Below, piece by piece: positions 15,900-23,716 of a DNA stretch of 64,000 bases (positions within the stretch are counted from its first letter, which is position 1; the number at the start of each line of letters is the position of its first letter). The DNA is taken from assembly GCA_964395625.1 (NCBI GenBank), contig CAYNAR010000002.1, forward strand, positions 781 to 64,780, written 5' to 3'. The notes beneath the pieces were generated by a model, which was not told where the DNA came from, ran no database searches, and was given only the letters and a program-made list of their open reading frames with translations. Made by a program: the position numbers and the translations under genes. Source of the DNA: an uncultured Gammaproteobacteria bacterium (GTDB lineage Bacteria > Patescibacteriota > Patescibacteriia > Patescibacteriales > WJLG01).

Positions 15900-17893
15900 A
15901 CAAACGTTTTCAAAACAAAGAGATGTCTTCCGATCCTTTCGTCATACAGCAAGGGAAGTTCGGCTCTGGAGGACACTTGGAAAAATACTCCCATCTACGC
16001 GAGTGGATAGAGAGCTCTTTTACGCCTCGCGGTTACGAGGGGGAGGTTATTGGTAAGACTTTTGATGCGCGAAGGGTTAGAGCGATAGTCGCTGTCCTTT
16101 TTTTATTTTTAGCCGGCCTCATAAGCAGAACTTTCTATTTACAGATATATAAAGGGGACTATTATTCTTCTAAGGCTGAGGTTAATAGTGTGCGTTATGA
16201 AAGGGTCGCTTCTCAAAGAGGAATCATCTATGATCGTGATCAGAAGCCTTTGGTTCGCAATGTCGCCAATTTTTTACTCTACGTCGTGCCGGCAAACTTA
16301 CCAAAGGACGAAGAGCAGACGAAGCTTCTGGTGACTTCGGCCATTGGGATGGCCTTCTATGGCGATGCCACATCCACCTTGGATTTTTCTTCCTCTTCCT
16401 TGAAAAAGATAGCTAAGGTCGGGAAGAAGACCTTGGAGGCTTATCAGCCGCTCCTTTTGGCCGAAAATATTCCCTATGAAAATGCCTTGAAATTCGATTT
16501 GGAGAGCTTTAGATTTCCAGGCTTCTTTGTTTCGCATAAGGGGAGGAGGGAATATCTCATTGATGGGGCCGTCTCGATGTCACACCTATTGGGTTATACC
16601 GGCAAGGTTAGTGAAGCCGATTTGGAGAAGAACAGTGATGATTATAAGATGGACGATTATATCGGCAAGACTGGCCTGGAGAGTTATTGGGAGAAAGAGT
16701 TGAAAGGGGTGGATGGTTATAAAAAGTACGAGGTCGACGCTTTAGGTAATAGAAAGAAGATAATATCCGACTCTCCGGCCGAGGATGGCCATAATCTTCT
16801 ATTATCGATAGACTTGGACCTGCAAAGAAAGAGCGAGGAGATATTGTCCGATAATTTGCAGAAGATGAAATTGAAGAAGGGTTCGGTCATAGTCATGGAT
16901 CCGAAAAGCGGTGAGCTTTTGGCTATGGTCAGTTTGCCTTCCTACGACAATCGTCTATTCGCCAAAGGAATAGATAGTTCCATATATCAATCCTTGTTAA
17001 GCGACGACAGCCAACCATTGTTTAATCGTTCTATTTCCGGAGAATATCCTTCCGGGTCGACGGTCAAGATGGTCGTAGCGTCGGCGGCTTTGCAGGAGAA
17101 AGTGGTCACGGAAAAGACCACTTTCTATTCCACTGGCGGTCTGCGAGTCAGTCAGTGGTTCTTTCCCGATTGGAAGGCTGGCGGTCACGGTTGGACCGAC
17201 GTACGTAAGGCGATCGCGGATTCGGTGAACACCTTTTTCTATTATGTCGGCGGAGGATTCGAGAATTTCCCCGGTCTTGGCATAGATAGGTTGGTGAAAT
17301 ATTTCAAATTGTTCAATCTCGGAGAGAAGACCGGTGTCGATTTGCCTAGCGAGGCCGATGGTTTCGTGCCGAGTAAGGAATGGAAAGAGAAGGTCGTCAA
17401 AGAAAAGTGGTATATCGGCGACACTTATCATCTCTCTATCGGTCAGGGTGATTTGCTCGTCACTCCTTTGCAGGTCGCGCAATGGACGGCTTTTTTCGCC
17501 AATCGCGGACAAATCGTTCGCCCGCATTTGGCTAAGTATATTTTGAATAAGGACAATCAATTGCTTTCCGCCATCGACAATAAACCAATTAAAGAAGGTA
17601 TTATAGACGACTACAATATCGAAGTGGTTAGACAGGGTATGAGGAAGACGGTGACGACCGGTTCGGCTAAGCGCATGCAGGATTTGCCGGTGGAGGCGGC
17701 GGCTAAGACCGGTACGGCGCAATGGAACACCAAGAAGGATCCGCACGCTTGGTTTACTTCTTTCGCTCCTTATAAGAATCCGGAAATAGTCGTGACGGTT
17801 TTGGTCGAGGAGGGCAAGGAAGGCAGTCAGGTGGCCTTGACCGTGGCGCACGATGTGATGAAATATTATTTCGAAAATAATGATAAACGATAA
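15896..17893 (+). CDS. mrdA: penicillin-binding protein 2 (elongation transpeptidase)
   Basis: 665 aa. The motifs SGSTVK, SIGQG (SxN-like region) and KTGTA define a class B PBP. Confidence 0.9.
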   Translation: MNKRFQNKEMSSDPFVIQQGKFGSGGHLEKYSHLREWIESSFTPRGYEGEVIGKTFDARRVRAIVAVLFLFLAGLISRTFYLQIYKGDYYSSKAEVNSVRYERVASQRGIIYDRDQKPLVRNVANFLLYVVPANLPKDEEQTKLLVTSAIGMAFYGDATSTLDFSSSSLKKIAKVGKKTLEAYQPLLLAENIPYENALKFDLESFRFPGFFVSHKGRREYLIDGAVSMSHLLGYTGKVSEADLEKNSDDYKMDDYIGKTGLESYWEKELKGVDGYKKYEVDALGNRKKIISDSPAEDGHNLLLSIDLDLQRKSEEILSDNLQKMKLKKGSVIVMDPKSGELLAMVSLPSYDNRLFAKGIDSSIYQSLLSDDSQPLFNRSISGEYPSGSTVKMVVASAALQEKVVTEKTTFYSTGGLRVSQWFFPDWKAGGHGWTDVRKAIADSVNTFFYYVGGGFENFPGLGIDRLVKYFKLFNLGEKTGVDLPSEADGFVPSKEWKEKVVKEKWYIGDTYHLSIGQGDLLVTPLQVAQWTAFFANRGQIVRPHLAKYILNKDNQLLSAIDNKPIKEGIIDDYNIEVVRQGMRKTVTTGSAKRMQDLPVEAAAKTGTAQWNTKKDPHAWFTSFAPYKNPEIVVTVLVEEGKEGSQVALTVAHDVMKYYFENNDKR

Positions 17894-17935
17894 AATACGA
17901 GATTTTTTATCGCAAAAATATTATAGTTCCTTCGA

Positions 17936-17964
17936 TTGACAATGGTTCAGTGAGATCCTATTAT
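17936..17964 (+). promoter_or_regulatory. promoter TTGACA-17-TATTAT
   Basis: Consensus-like hexamers about 55 nt upstream of ATG 18020. Confidence 0.5.
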
Positions 17965-18019
17965 ATGTAAAGCGTTAAAAGATGGTGGTTTTTTAGGGGG
18001 TTTTGAAAAGGAGTACTAG

Positions 18020-18415
18020 ATGAAGATGATAAGTTTCAATTGCCGTTGTCAGCTAGGATTGAGTGGTGTGCTCTGTTATGACGAATTAAAACGCGTGAAT
18101 AGGGGTAGTGTCTTTATTGGGGGTAAGTCTTTCGGTTTTATTTCGTCGGACGAGACCTATGTCATAGAGAAAGGTCTTGACATGGGTGGCGTAAGATCAT
18201 TCGCCTTGCTAGTGGAAAGGTCGCGGGACTTTAAAGACGCCGTCTCCGTATTGATCTCTTATTCAAGTAAAGAGGAGTCTGCGGACGTGACAGATGAAAG
18301 CGCTTTTTCTAGTGGTCAATACTTGCAAAGACAAGTGATGATCATAATGAGGGATAGTGATGCGACCATGTTTTTAGCCTATGTTCTGCAGGCTAGTATA
18401 AAAAACTTGCAGTAG
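18020..18415 (+). CDS. hypothetical protein (orphan)
   Basis: 131-aa track ORF with an AAAGGAG SD, its own promoter and its own terminator. No recognisable motif. Confidence 0.45.
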   Translation: MKMISFNCRCQLGLSGVLCYDELKRVNRGSVFIGGKSFGFISSDETYVIEKGLDMGGVRSFALLVERSRDFKDAVSVLISYSSKEESADVTDESAFSSGQYLQRQVMIIMRDSDATMFLAYVLQASIKNLQ

Positions 18416-18433
18416 TGTATCGTTCTTTTTAAT

Positions 18434-18468
18434 ACCCCCTAAGTTCTCGACTTACGGGGTCTTATTTT
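18434..18468 (+). terminator. intrinsic terminator
   Basis: CCCCCTAAG pairs with CTTACGGGG (one mismatch), followed by TCTTATTTTT. Confidence 0.5.
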
Positions 18469-18548
18469 TGACAAAAAAGTTAATATTGTTTATAAAGATT
18501 CGATATGTTTTTATGAGTTTTTTGTTGTTTTTTTGGAAGGAGAGCGCG

Positions 18549-18974
18549 ATGAGAATAATCAATGGTGATGGTTTCTGGACGTTGATTCCGGTAAGTGATG
18601 ATGAGAAGAAGATGGTGAATTCTTTGCTGGATTCAGGGACCGTTAAAGGGGATTTGCTTTGGTTCTTTGAAAAAGAGTCCTATAGCGGGTTGAATATGAG
18701 ATTCAACGGTCTTAGTTTTGATTTTTGTGGTGATGACGATCGATCCGCATTAGAGGGGATTCGTCGTTATGCCAGAAAAAGCAGTCAATCTATAATGTTC
18801 TTTAAAGAGGGTGTCATTGACAATGTCAGGGCAATGTCCATAACCACGGGTTTTTGTAAAAAATGCAAAAAACCAATTAATGATGAAATTTCTTTGGAAT
18901 TTGGTAATATTTGCAGGGATTGTGCTAAAAAGCACCAATACGCTCTTACTCATAAAGAGAAAGTTTGCGGGTAG
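18549..18974 (+). CDS. hypothetical protein with a C-terminal CxxC...CxxC zinc-ribbon-like motif
   Basis: Track ORF trimmed to ATG 18549 (GGAAGGAGAG SD). Contains CKKCKKPINDEISLEFGNICRDCAKK. Confidence 0.45.
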   Translation: MRIINGDGFWTLIPVSDDEKKMVNSLLDSGTVKGDLLWFFEKESYSGLNMRFNGLSFDFCGDDDRSALEGIRRYARKSSQSIMFFKEGVIDNVRAMSITTGFCKKCKKPINDEISLEFGNICRDCAKKHQYALTHKEKVCG

Positions 18975-19074
18975 TATTACGGGAGTCGTAAGATGCTCGA
19001 ATTCAGTAAAAGAAGGAAAAAAGTAAAAAGCAGAAATAGCTAAAATTTCTTCTAAAATCATTGATTTTGGATGT

Positions 19075-19109
19075 AGCGCGGGAATTGATTTTTCGCGCTT
19101 TTTTATTTT
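19075..19109 (+). terminator. intrinsic terminator
   Basis: AGCGCG pairs with CGCGCT, followed by TTTTTATTTT. Confidence 0.55.
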
Positions 19110-19150
19110 GACAAAAAGGCCAAAAAACGCTAAGATTGATGTATAAAATT

Positions 19151-19243
19151 ACCACAGTGTCATACCGGCGAAGGCCGGTATCTGTGATTTAGTGGTACAA
19201 GGAATAGATGGCGTTTTTCACAGGAATGACACTATAAATAGAT
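19151..19243 (+). promoter_or_regulatory. structured ileS leader with a 9-codon uORF
   Basis: Long hairpin at 19151-19196 (core ATACCGGC-GAAG-GCCGGTAT). AGTGTCAT (19156-19163) can alternatively pair with ATGACACT (19226-19233). An AAGGA SD precedes the uORF ATG 19208..TAA 19237. Confidence 0.4.
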
Positions 19244-22200
19244 ATGGAAAACAACAATCAGGAAAGGAAAAATATCTTCACAGGGATGGAGACTGATGTC
19301 TTGGCGTTTTGGGAGGCGAATAAGATTTTCGAGAAATCGGTTGAGAATCCGCCAGTTGGCGGAGCGCCGAAAGGTGAGTATGTTTTTTATGACGGTCCGC
19401 CGTTCGCGACTGGTACTCCGCATTATGGACATTTGGTCGCTTCGCTGATGAAGGATGTTGTGCCTCGTTATTGGACTATGAATGGTTTTTCCGTGCATCG
19501 CCGCTGGGGTTGGGATTGTCATGGTTTGCCGATCGAGAATATCGTCGAAAAAGAATTAGGACTCTCTTCGAAGAAGGAGATCGAGGAAAAGGTTGGCGTG
19601 GCCGAATTCAACCGCCTTTGCCGTTCCAAAGTTTTGTCATACGCCGACGAATGGAAGAAGACCGTCAAGCGTCTCGGTCGCTGGGTGGACATGGAATATC
19701 CATATCGCACCATGGACTTGCCGTTCATGGAAACGATTTGGCACAACATCAAACAGCTTTATGATAAGGGCTTGGTCTATAAGGATTATCGCTCCATGCA
19801 TATCTGTCCGCGCTGCGAGACGACTTTGTCGCAATCGGAAGTGGCGGAAGGGTATAAAGATGTTAAAGATATTACAGTAACCGCGAAATTCGAATTGGTT
19901 GATGAACCAGGCACTTTTGTTCTGGCTTGGACAACTACGCCGTGGACTTTACCGGGGAATGTGGCGCTCGCTGTTGGAGCTGATATCGATTATATTCTAG
20001 TTAAGGATTTGTATATACCAGAAAAAACAGCTAATCCGATAGGAGCTGTTGGAGAGGTCGTCATGAAAGAAGAGAAAACATCGCAATATATTTTAGCCAA
20101 AGAAAGATTTGAAAGTTACAAGAAGAGTTTTAACAATCAAGAACCAAAAATAATTAGAGAATTTAAAGGTTCCGAATTGGTTGGCAAAAGCTATAAGCCT
20201 GTTTTCGATAATTATGCCAGCGATGAAAAATTAGTTAATCGTGAACGCGGTTGGAAGATTTACGCCGCCGATTTTGTCGATACAGAGACTGGTACCGGCA
20301 TCGTTCATATCGCACCGGCTTTCGGCGAAGACGACATGAAGCTCGGTCGCGCGGAAAAATTGCCGTTCATTCAGCATGTTGGCATGGACGGAACTTTCAA
20401 GTCGGAAATGGGTGAGATGGCCGGTCTGCATGTCAAACCGAAAGACGATGTTCAAGCGACCGATGTGGCTATCATAAAATATTTAGCCGCCAAGGGTTTA
20501 TTATTCTCCAAAGAAAAGCATGAGCACTCTTATCCGCATTGTTGGCGCTGCGATACGCCGTTATTAAATTATGCTACTTCGTCTTGGTTCGTCGATATCA
20601 CCAAGATGAAAGACAAGATGCTGGAAGAAGCCAAGAACATCAACTGGTCGCCGGAACACGTCAAAGACGGCCGTTTCGGTCAGTGGCTCTCCGGTGCGCG
20701 CGACTGGTCGATTTCTCGCCAGCGTTTTTGGGCATCCTGCATACCGATTTGGGAATGCGCTTGCGGTAAAAAAGAAGTCTTGGGCTCTTTGGAAGAATTG
20801 TATAGAAAATCCAATGGCGCCATAACAAAGTTGATTTTGGTGCGTCATGGCCAGGCCGAGAACAATGTCGAGAATATCATTACTAATCGCACCGATAAAT
20901 ACGATTTGACCGAGCTTGGTAAGAAGCAGATCGCCGAGGCGGCGGAAAAAGTCGCTGGCGAGATTTCACAATATCCTGAGAAGGTTCTTTTCTTGGCCTC
21001 TCCGGTCTTGCGCGCCCACGAGAGCGCCGAGATGATTTCCAAAAAGATCGGCATCGGGTACAAGATGGATGATGGTATCAAGGACATGGACTTCGGTCAA
21101 TGGGAGGATCGGGACGAGGATGACGATTTGGATTATAACGACGAATTACGCATCAAGTATAACAAACTCACTAAGGAGGAGAAGTGGGCCTTTAAGCGTG
21201 GAGGCACCGGCGAGAGCAGTAAGGATGTTGGCGAAAGGGTCTTCATTTGGTTCAAAGATATTTTGAAAGAGAATGCTGGCAAGACGATCATTGCCGTATC
21301 GCACGCCGATCCGATCATTGATTTGGTTAATAAATTGAAGAGCAGAAGCGACCATGAATCTTATCTGGCTTGGGATGGTCAGGAGTATCCGAAGAATGGC
21401 GAGGTGAAGGTTTTGTATGTCGATAATTCCACCGGTTTAGAGGTGGATATTCATAAAGATTCTTTAGATAAAATCGGTCTTTTGTGCGACAAGTGCGGCG
21501 GCACGATGAAGCGCATCCCGGATGTCTTGGATTGTTGGTTCGAGTCCGGCTCCATGCCTTATGCGCAATGGCATTATCCTTTTGAGAATAAAGAGCGTTT
21601 GGATAAGAATTTTCCCGCGCAGTTCATTGCCGAAGGTATTGATCAGACTCGTGCTTGGTTCTATTATCTGCATGCTATTTCCGTCGGCATTAAAGACAAG
21701 CATGCTTTCGACAACGTCATAGTCAACGGCATCGTTTTGGCCGAGGATGGCAAGAAGATGTCTAAGAAGCTCAAGAACTATCCTGATCCGAACGAGGTTT
21801 TGGAGAGACAGGGTGCTGACGCTTTGCGTTATTATCTTCTGACTTCTCCGGTCATGCAGGCCGAGAATCTGAGCTTCTCCGAGAAGGGTGTGGCCGAGTG
21901 TTTGCGCAAGGTCAATATGCTTTTGTGGAACGTCTATAAGTTCTACGAAACTTATGCAGAAAATTCCCCTCTTGAGAGGGGTGGTGCCGTAATCGGCGAC
22001 GGGGTGTGTGAGGCTGGTCAGAAGAATGTTCTCGATAAATGGATTGTGGCAAGATTGAATCAATTGGTAAGCGAAGTTAGTGGGGGAATGAATAAATATG
22101 ATTTGCCAAAAGCTACTCGCCCAATAGCCGCATTCATCGATGATTTCTCCACTTGGTATTTAAGAAGGAGTCGCGACAGATTTAAAGAAGAAGGTGAGGA

Positions 22201-22915
22201 CAAGAATAACGCCTTGGCGACCACGAAATTCGTTTTGATAGAATTATCCAAGGTCATGGCGCCATTCACGCCGTTCATCGCCGAACAAATATGGCAGAAG
22301 GTGACAGGAAATAATCTTGCTAATGTTGAGAAGTCGGTTCATCTAGAAAAATGGCCTGATAATTCCCCTCTAGAAAGAGGGGTGGCCGAAGGCCGGGGTG
22401 TGTCCAGTGATTCCGAAGAAGGTGATGTTGTCGCGGAAATGGCAACTGTTCGTAAAATCGTAGAACTTGGTTTATCCAAGAGAGATGAAGTTGGAATCAA
22501 AGTTCGCCAACCGCTTTCTGAATTACGAATTACGAATTACGAGCTACGAAACGAATACGTTGATTTGATTAAAGACGAATTGAATGTAAAAAATATCTCT
22601 TGCAATGATGGTGAAGGTGAGTTAAGCGTCGAATTGGATACAACAATGACCCCGGAACTTCTTGCCGAAGGTGCTAAGCGCGAATTAGTCCGCTTAGTTA
22701 ACGCCGAACGCAAGAACGCCGACCTGACTATCGCCGACCGCATCAAGCTGTATTGCGACGCGCAGGGCGAGATGACTAAAAAGGCCTTGACCGATTTTGG
22801 CGATGAGCTTAAGAAGGATGTCTTGGCCGAAGAGATAATCATCGGCGGTGTCGAAGGCGGTAAAGAAGTCGATGTCAACGGAGAGAAAGCTGTTATTAAA
22901 ATAGAGAAGATATAA
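19244..22915 (+). CDS. ileS: isoleucine--tRNA ligase with an embedded histidine-phosphatase domain and two in-frame repeat insertions
   Basis: 1223 aa. PPFATGTPHYGHL (HIGH region), KMSKKLKNYPDP (KMSKS) and an editing domain. An internal LVRHGQ...SPVLRAHESA...VSHADP block spans 20822-21421. Confidence 0.95.
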   Translation: MENNNQERKNIFTGMETDVLAFWEANKIFEKSVENPPVGGAPKGEYVFYDGPPFATGTPHYGHLVASLMKDVVPRYWTMNGFSVHRRWGWDCHGLPIENIVEKELGLSSKKEIEEKVGVAEFNRLCRSKVLSYADEWKKTVKRLGRWVDMEYPYRTMDLPFMETIWHNIKQLYDKGLVYKDYRSMHICPRCETTLSQSEVAEGYKDVKDITVTAKFELVDEPGTFVLAWTTTPWTLPGNVALAVGADIDYILVKDLYIPEKTANPIGAVGEVVMKEEKTSQYILAKERFESYKKSFNNQEPKIIREFKGSELVGKSYKPVFDNYASDEKLVNRERGWKIYAADFVDTETGTGIVHIAPAFGEDDMKLGRAEKLPFIQHVGMDGTFKSEMGEMAGLHVKPKDDVQATDVAIIKYLAAKGLLFSKEKHEHSYPHCWRCDTPLLNYATSSWFVDITKMKDKMLEEAKNINWSPEHVKDGRFGQWLSGARDWSISRQRFWASCIPIWECACGKKEVLGSLEELYRKSNGAITKLILVRHGQAENNVENIITNRTDKYDLTELGKKQIAEAAEKVAGEISQYPEKVLFLASPVLRAHESAEMISKKIGIGYKMDDGIKDMDFGQWEDRDEDDDLDYNDELRIKYNKLTKEEKWAFKRGGTGESSKDVGERVFIWFKDILKENAGKTIIAVSHADPIIDLVNKLKSRSDHESYLAWDGQEYPKNGEVKVLYVDNSTGLEVDIHKDSLDKIGLLCDKCGGTMKRIPDVLDCWFESGSMPYAQWHYPFENKERLDKNFPAQFIAEGIDQTRAWFYYLHAISVGIKDKHAFDNVIVNGIVLAEDGKKMSKKLKNYPDPNEVLERQGADALRYYLLTSPVMQAENLSFSEKGVAECLRKVNMLLWNVYKFYETYAENSPLERGGAVIGDGVCEAGQKNVLDKWIVARLNQLVSEVSGGMNKYDLPKATRPIAAFIDDFSTWYLRRSRDRFKEEGEDKNNALATTKFVLIELSKVMAPFTPFIAEQIWQKVTGNNLANVEKSVHLEKWPDNSPLERGVAEGRGVSSDSEEGDVVAEMATVRKIVELGLSKRDEVGIKVRQPLSELRITNYELRNEYVDLIKDELNVKNISCNDGEGELSVELDTTMTPELLAEGAKRELVRLVNAERKNADLTIADRIKLYCDAQGEMTKKALTDFGDELKKDVLAEEIIIGGVEGGKEVDVNGEKAVIKIEKI
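21962..22009 (+). repeat. copy B of the two-hairpin palindromic repeat, in frame in ileS
   Basis: AATTCCCCTCTTGAGAGGGGTGGTGCCGTAATCGGCGACGGGGTGTGT, translated as NSPLERGGAVIGDGVC. Confidence 0.85.
22361..22403 (+). repeat. copy C of the two-hairpin palindromic repeat, in frame in ileS
   Basis: AATTCCCCTCTAGAAAGAGGGGTGGCCGAAGGCCGGGGTGTGT, translated as NSPLERGVAEGRGV. Confidence 0.85.
22520..22547 (+). repeat. tandem heptamer GAATTAC x3 plus one degenerate unit, inside ileS
   Basis: GAATTAC GAATTAC GAATTAC GAGCTAC, encoding ELRITNYEL. Confidence 0.7.
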
Positions 22916-22917
22916 AT

Positions 22918-23043
22918 ATGATAAGCATGGTATTTCTTTTGGGAATCTTGGCGGTCGGGGCCTTCATCACCGTAATCGTCGTCGTGGCCATTCGCGAGGA
23001 AAAGGAGAGGAATAAGGAGATTGAGAAGGGTAAGAAAAATTAA
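22918..23043 (+). CDS. possible small single-pass membrane protein (41 aa)
   Basis: The ATG lies 2 nt after the ileS stop. MISMVFLLGILAVGAFITVIVVVAIREEKERNKEIEKGKKN has one TM segment plus a charged tail. Not in the track. Confidence 0.35.
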   Translation: MISMVFLLGILAVGAFITVIVVVAIREEKERNKEIEKGKKN

Positions 23044-23094
23044 AATATAATTAGGTCGTTTTTGTAAAAAGCAAACACGACAAATAAAATTACT

Positions 23095-23655
23095 ATGGAC
23101 AAAATCCTATTGATCGTCATCGGAGCCGTAGCCCTTTTGGCCGGCTGGTTGGTGGCCATGTACAACGGCTTGATCCGCGCCAAGAATCGCGTGGAAGAGG
23201 CCTGGAGCGACATCAGCGTCCAGCTGAAGCGCCGTTACGACTTGATTCCGAATTTAGTGGAGACCGTTAAAGGTTATGCCACTCATGAGCAGACCGCTTT
23301 CGAAAAAGTCATCGATGCCCGCGCTCGCGCCATGGGCGTGGAGGGCGGACCATCCAACGCCAAGGCCGAGGCCGAGAATATGCTTAGCGGTGCGTTGAAA
23401 TCCATCTTCGCTTTAGCCGAAGCTTACCCGGATTTGAAAGCCAACCAGAATTTCTTGGAATTGCAGAGAGAATTGTCCGACACAGAGGACAAGATCATGG
23501 CTTCTCGCCGTTTCTACAACGGGAATGTCCGTGATTTCAACACTCCCATTCAGGTCTTTCCGACCAACATCATCAATGGCATGTTGAAATTCAAGGCCTA
23601 CGACTTCTTTCAGTCCGCCGAGGACGAGAAAGCTCCGGTCCAGGTCAAATTCTAG
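23095..23655 (+). CDS. lemA: LemA family protein
   Basis: 186 aa. N-terminal TM segment, YNGLIRAKNRVEEAWSDISVQLKRRYDLIPNLVETVKGYA. Confidence 0.9.
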   Translation: MDKILLIVIGAVALLAGWLVAMYNGLIRAKNRVEEAWSDISVQLKRRYDLIPNLVETVKGYATHEQTAFEKVIDARARAMGVEGGPSNAKAEAENMLSGALKSIFALAEAYPDLKANQNFLELQRELSDTEDKIMASRRFYNGNVRDFNTPIQVFPTNIINGMLKFKAYDFFQSAEDEKAPVQVKF

Positions 23656-23716
23656 TGGTTTGTTTTCTTCTTGCCTTGTTCAATCTTTGGACAAGGCCGA
23701 TAAGATAATAAATTTT

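Noticed and set aside
19151-19243. A canonical T-box riboswitch upstream of ileS.
   Set aside because: Only a GUGGUAC heptamer resembles the T-box core. I could not identify a Stem I with K-turn, a specifier loop with an Ile codon followed by a purine, a distal platform, or a terminator/antiterminator pair, and the leader is only about 90 nt. It is kept as a generic structured-leader finding instead.
20822-21421. An intein or a separate gene as the explanation for the extra block in ileS.
   Set aside because: There are no intein splice-junction features (no Cys/Ser/Thr at the N-junction with a His-Asn plus nucleophile at the C-junction) and no internal stop, start or SD. The block matches histidine-phosphatase motifs and reads through in frame.
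21537-21547. A tRNA T-arm-like string, GGTTCGAGTCC.
   Set aside because: It lies inside ileS and encodes the conserved WFESGS motif. No acceptor, D or anticodon arms can be drawn around it.
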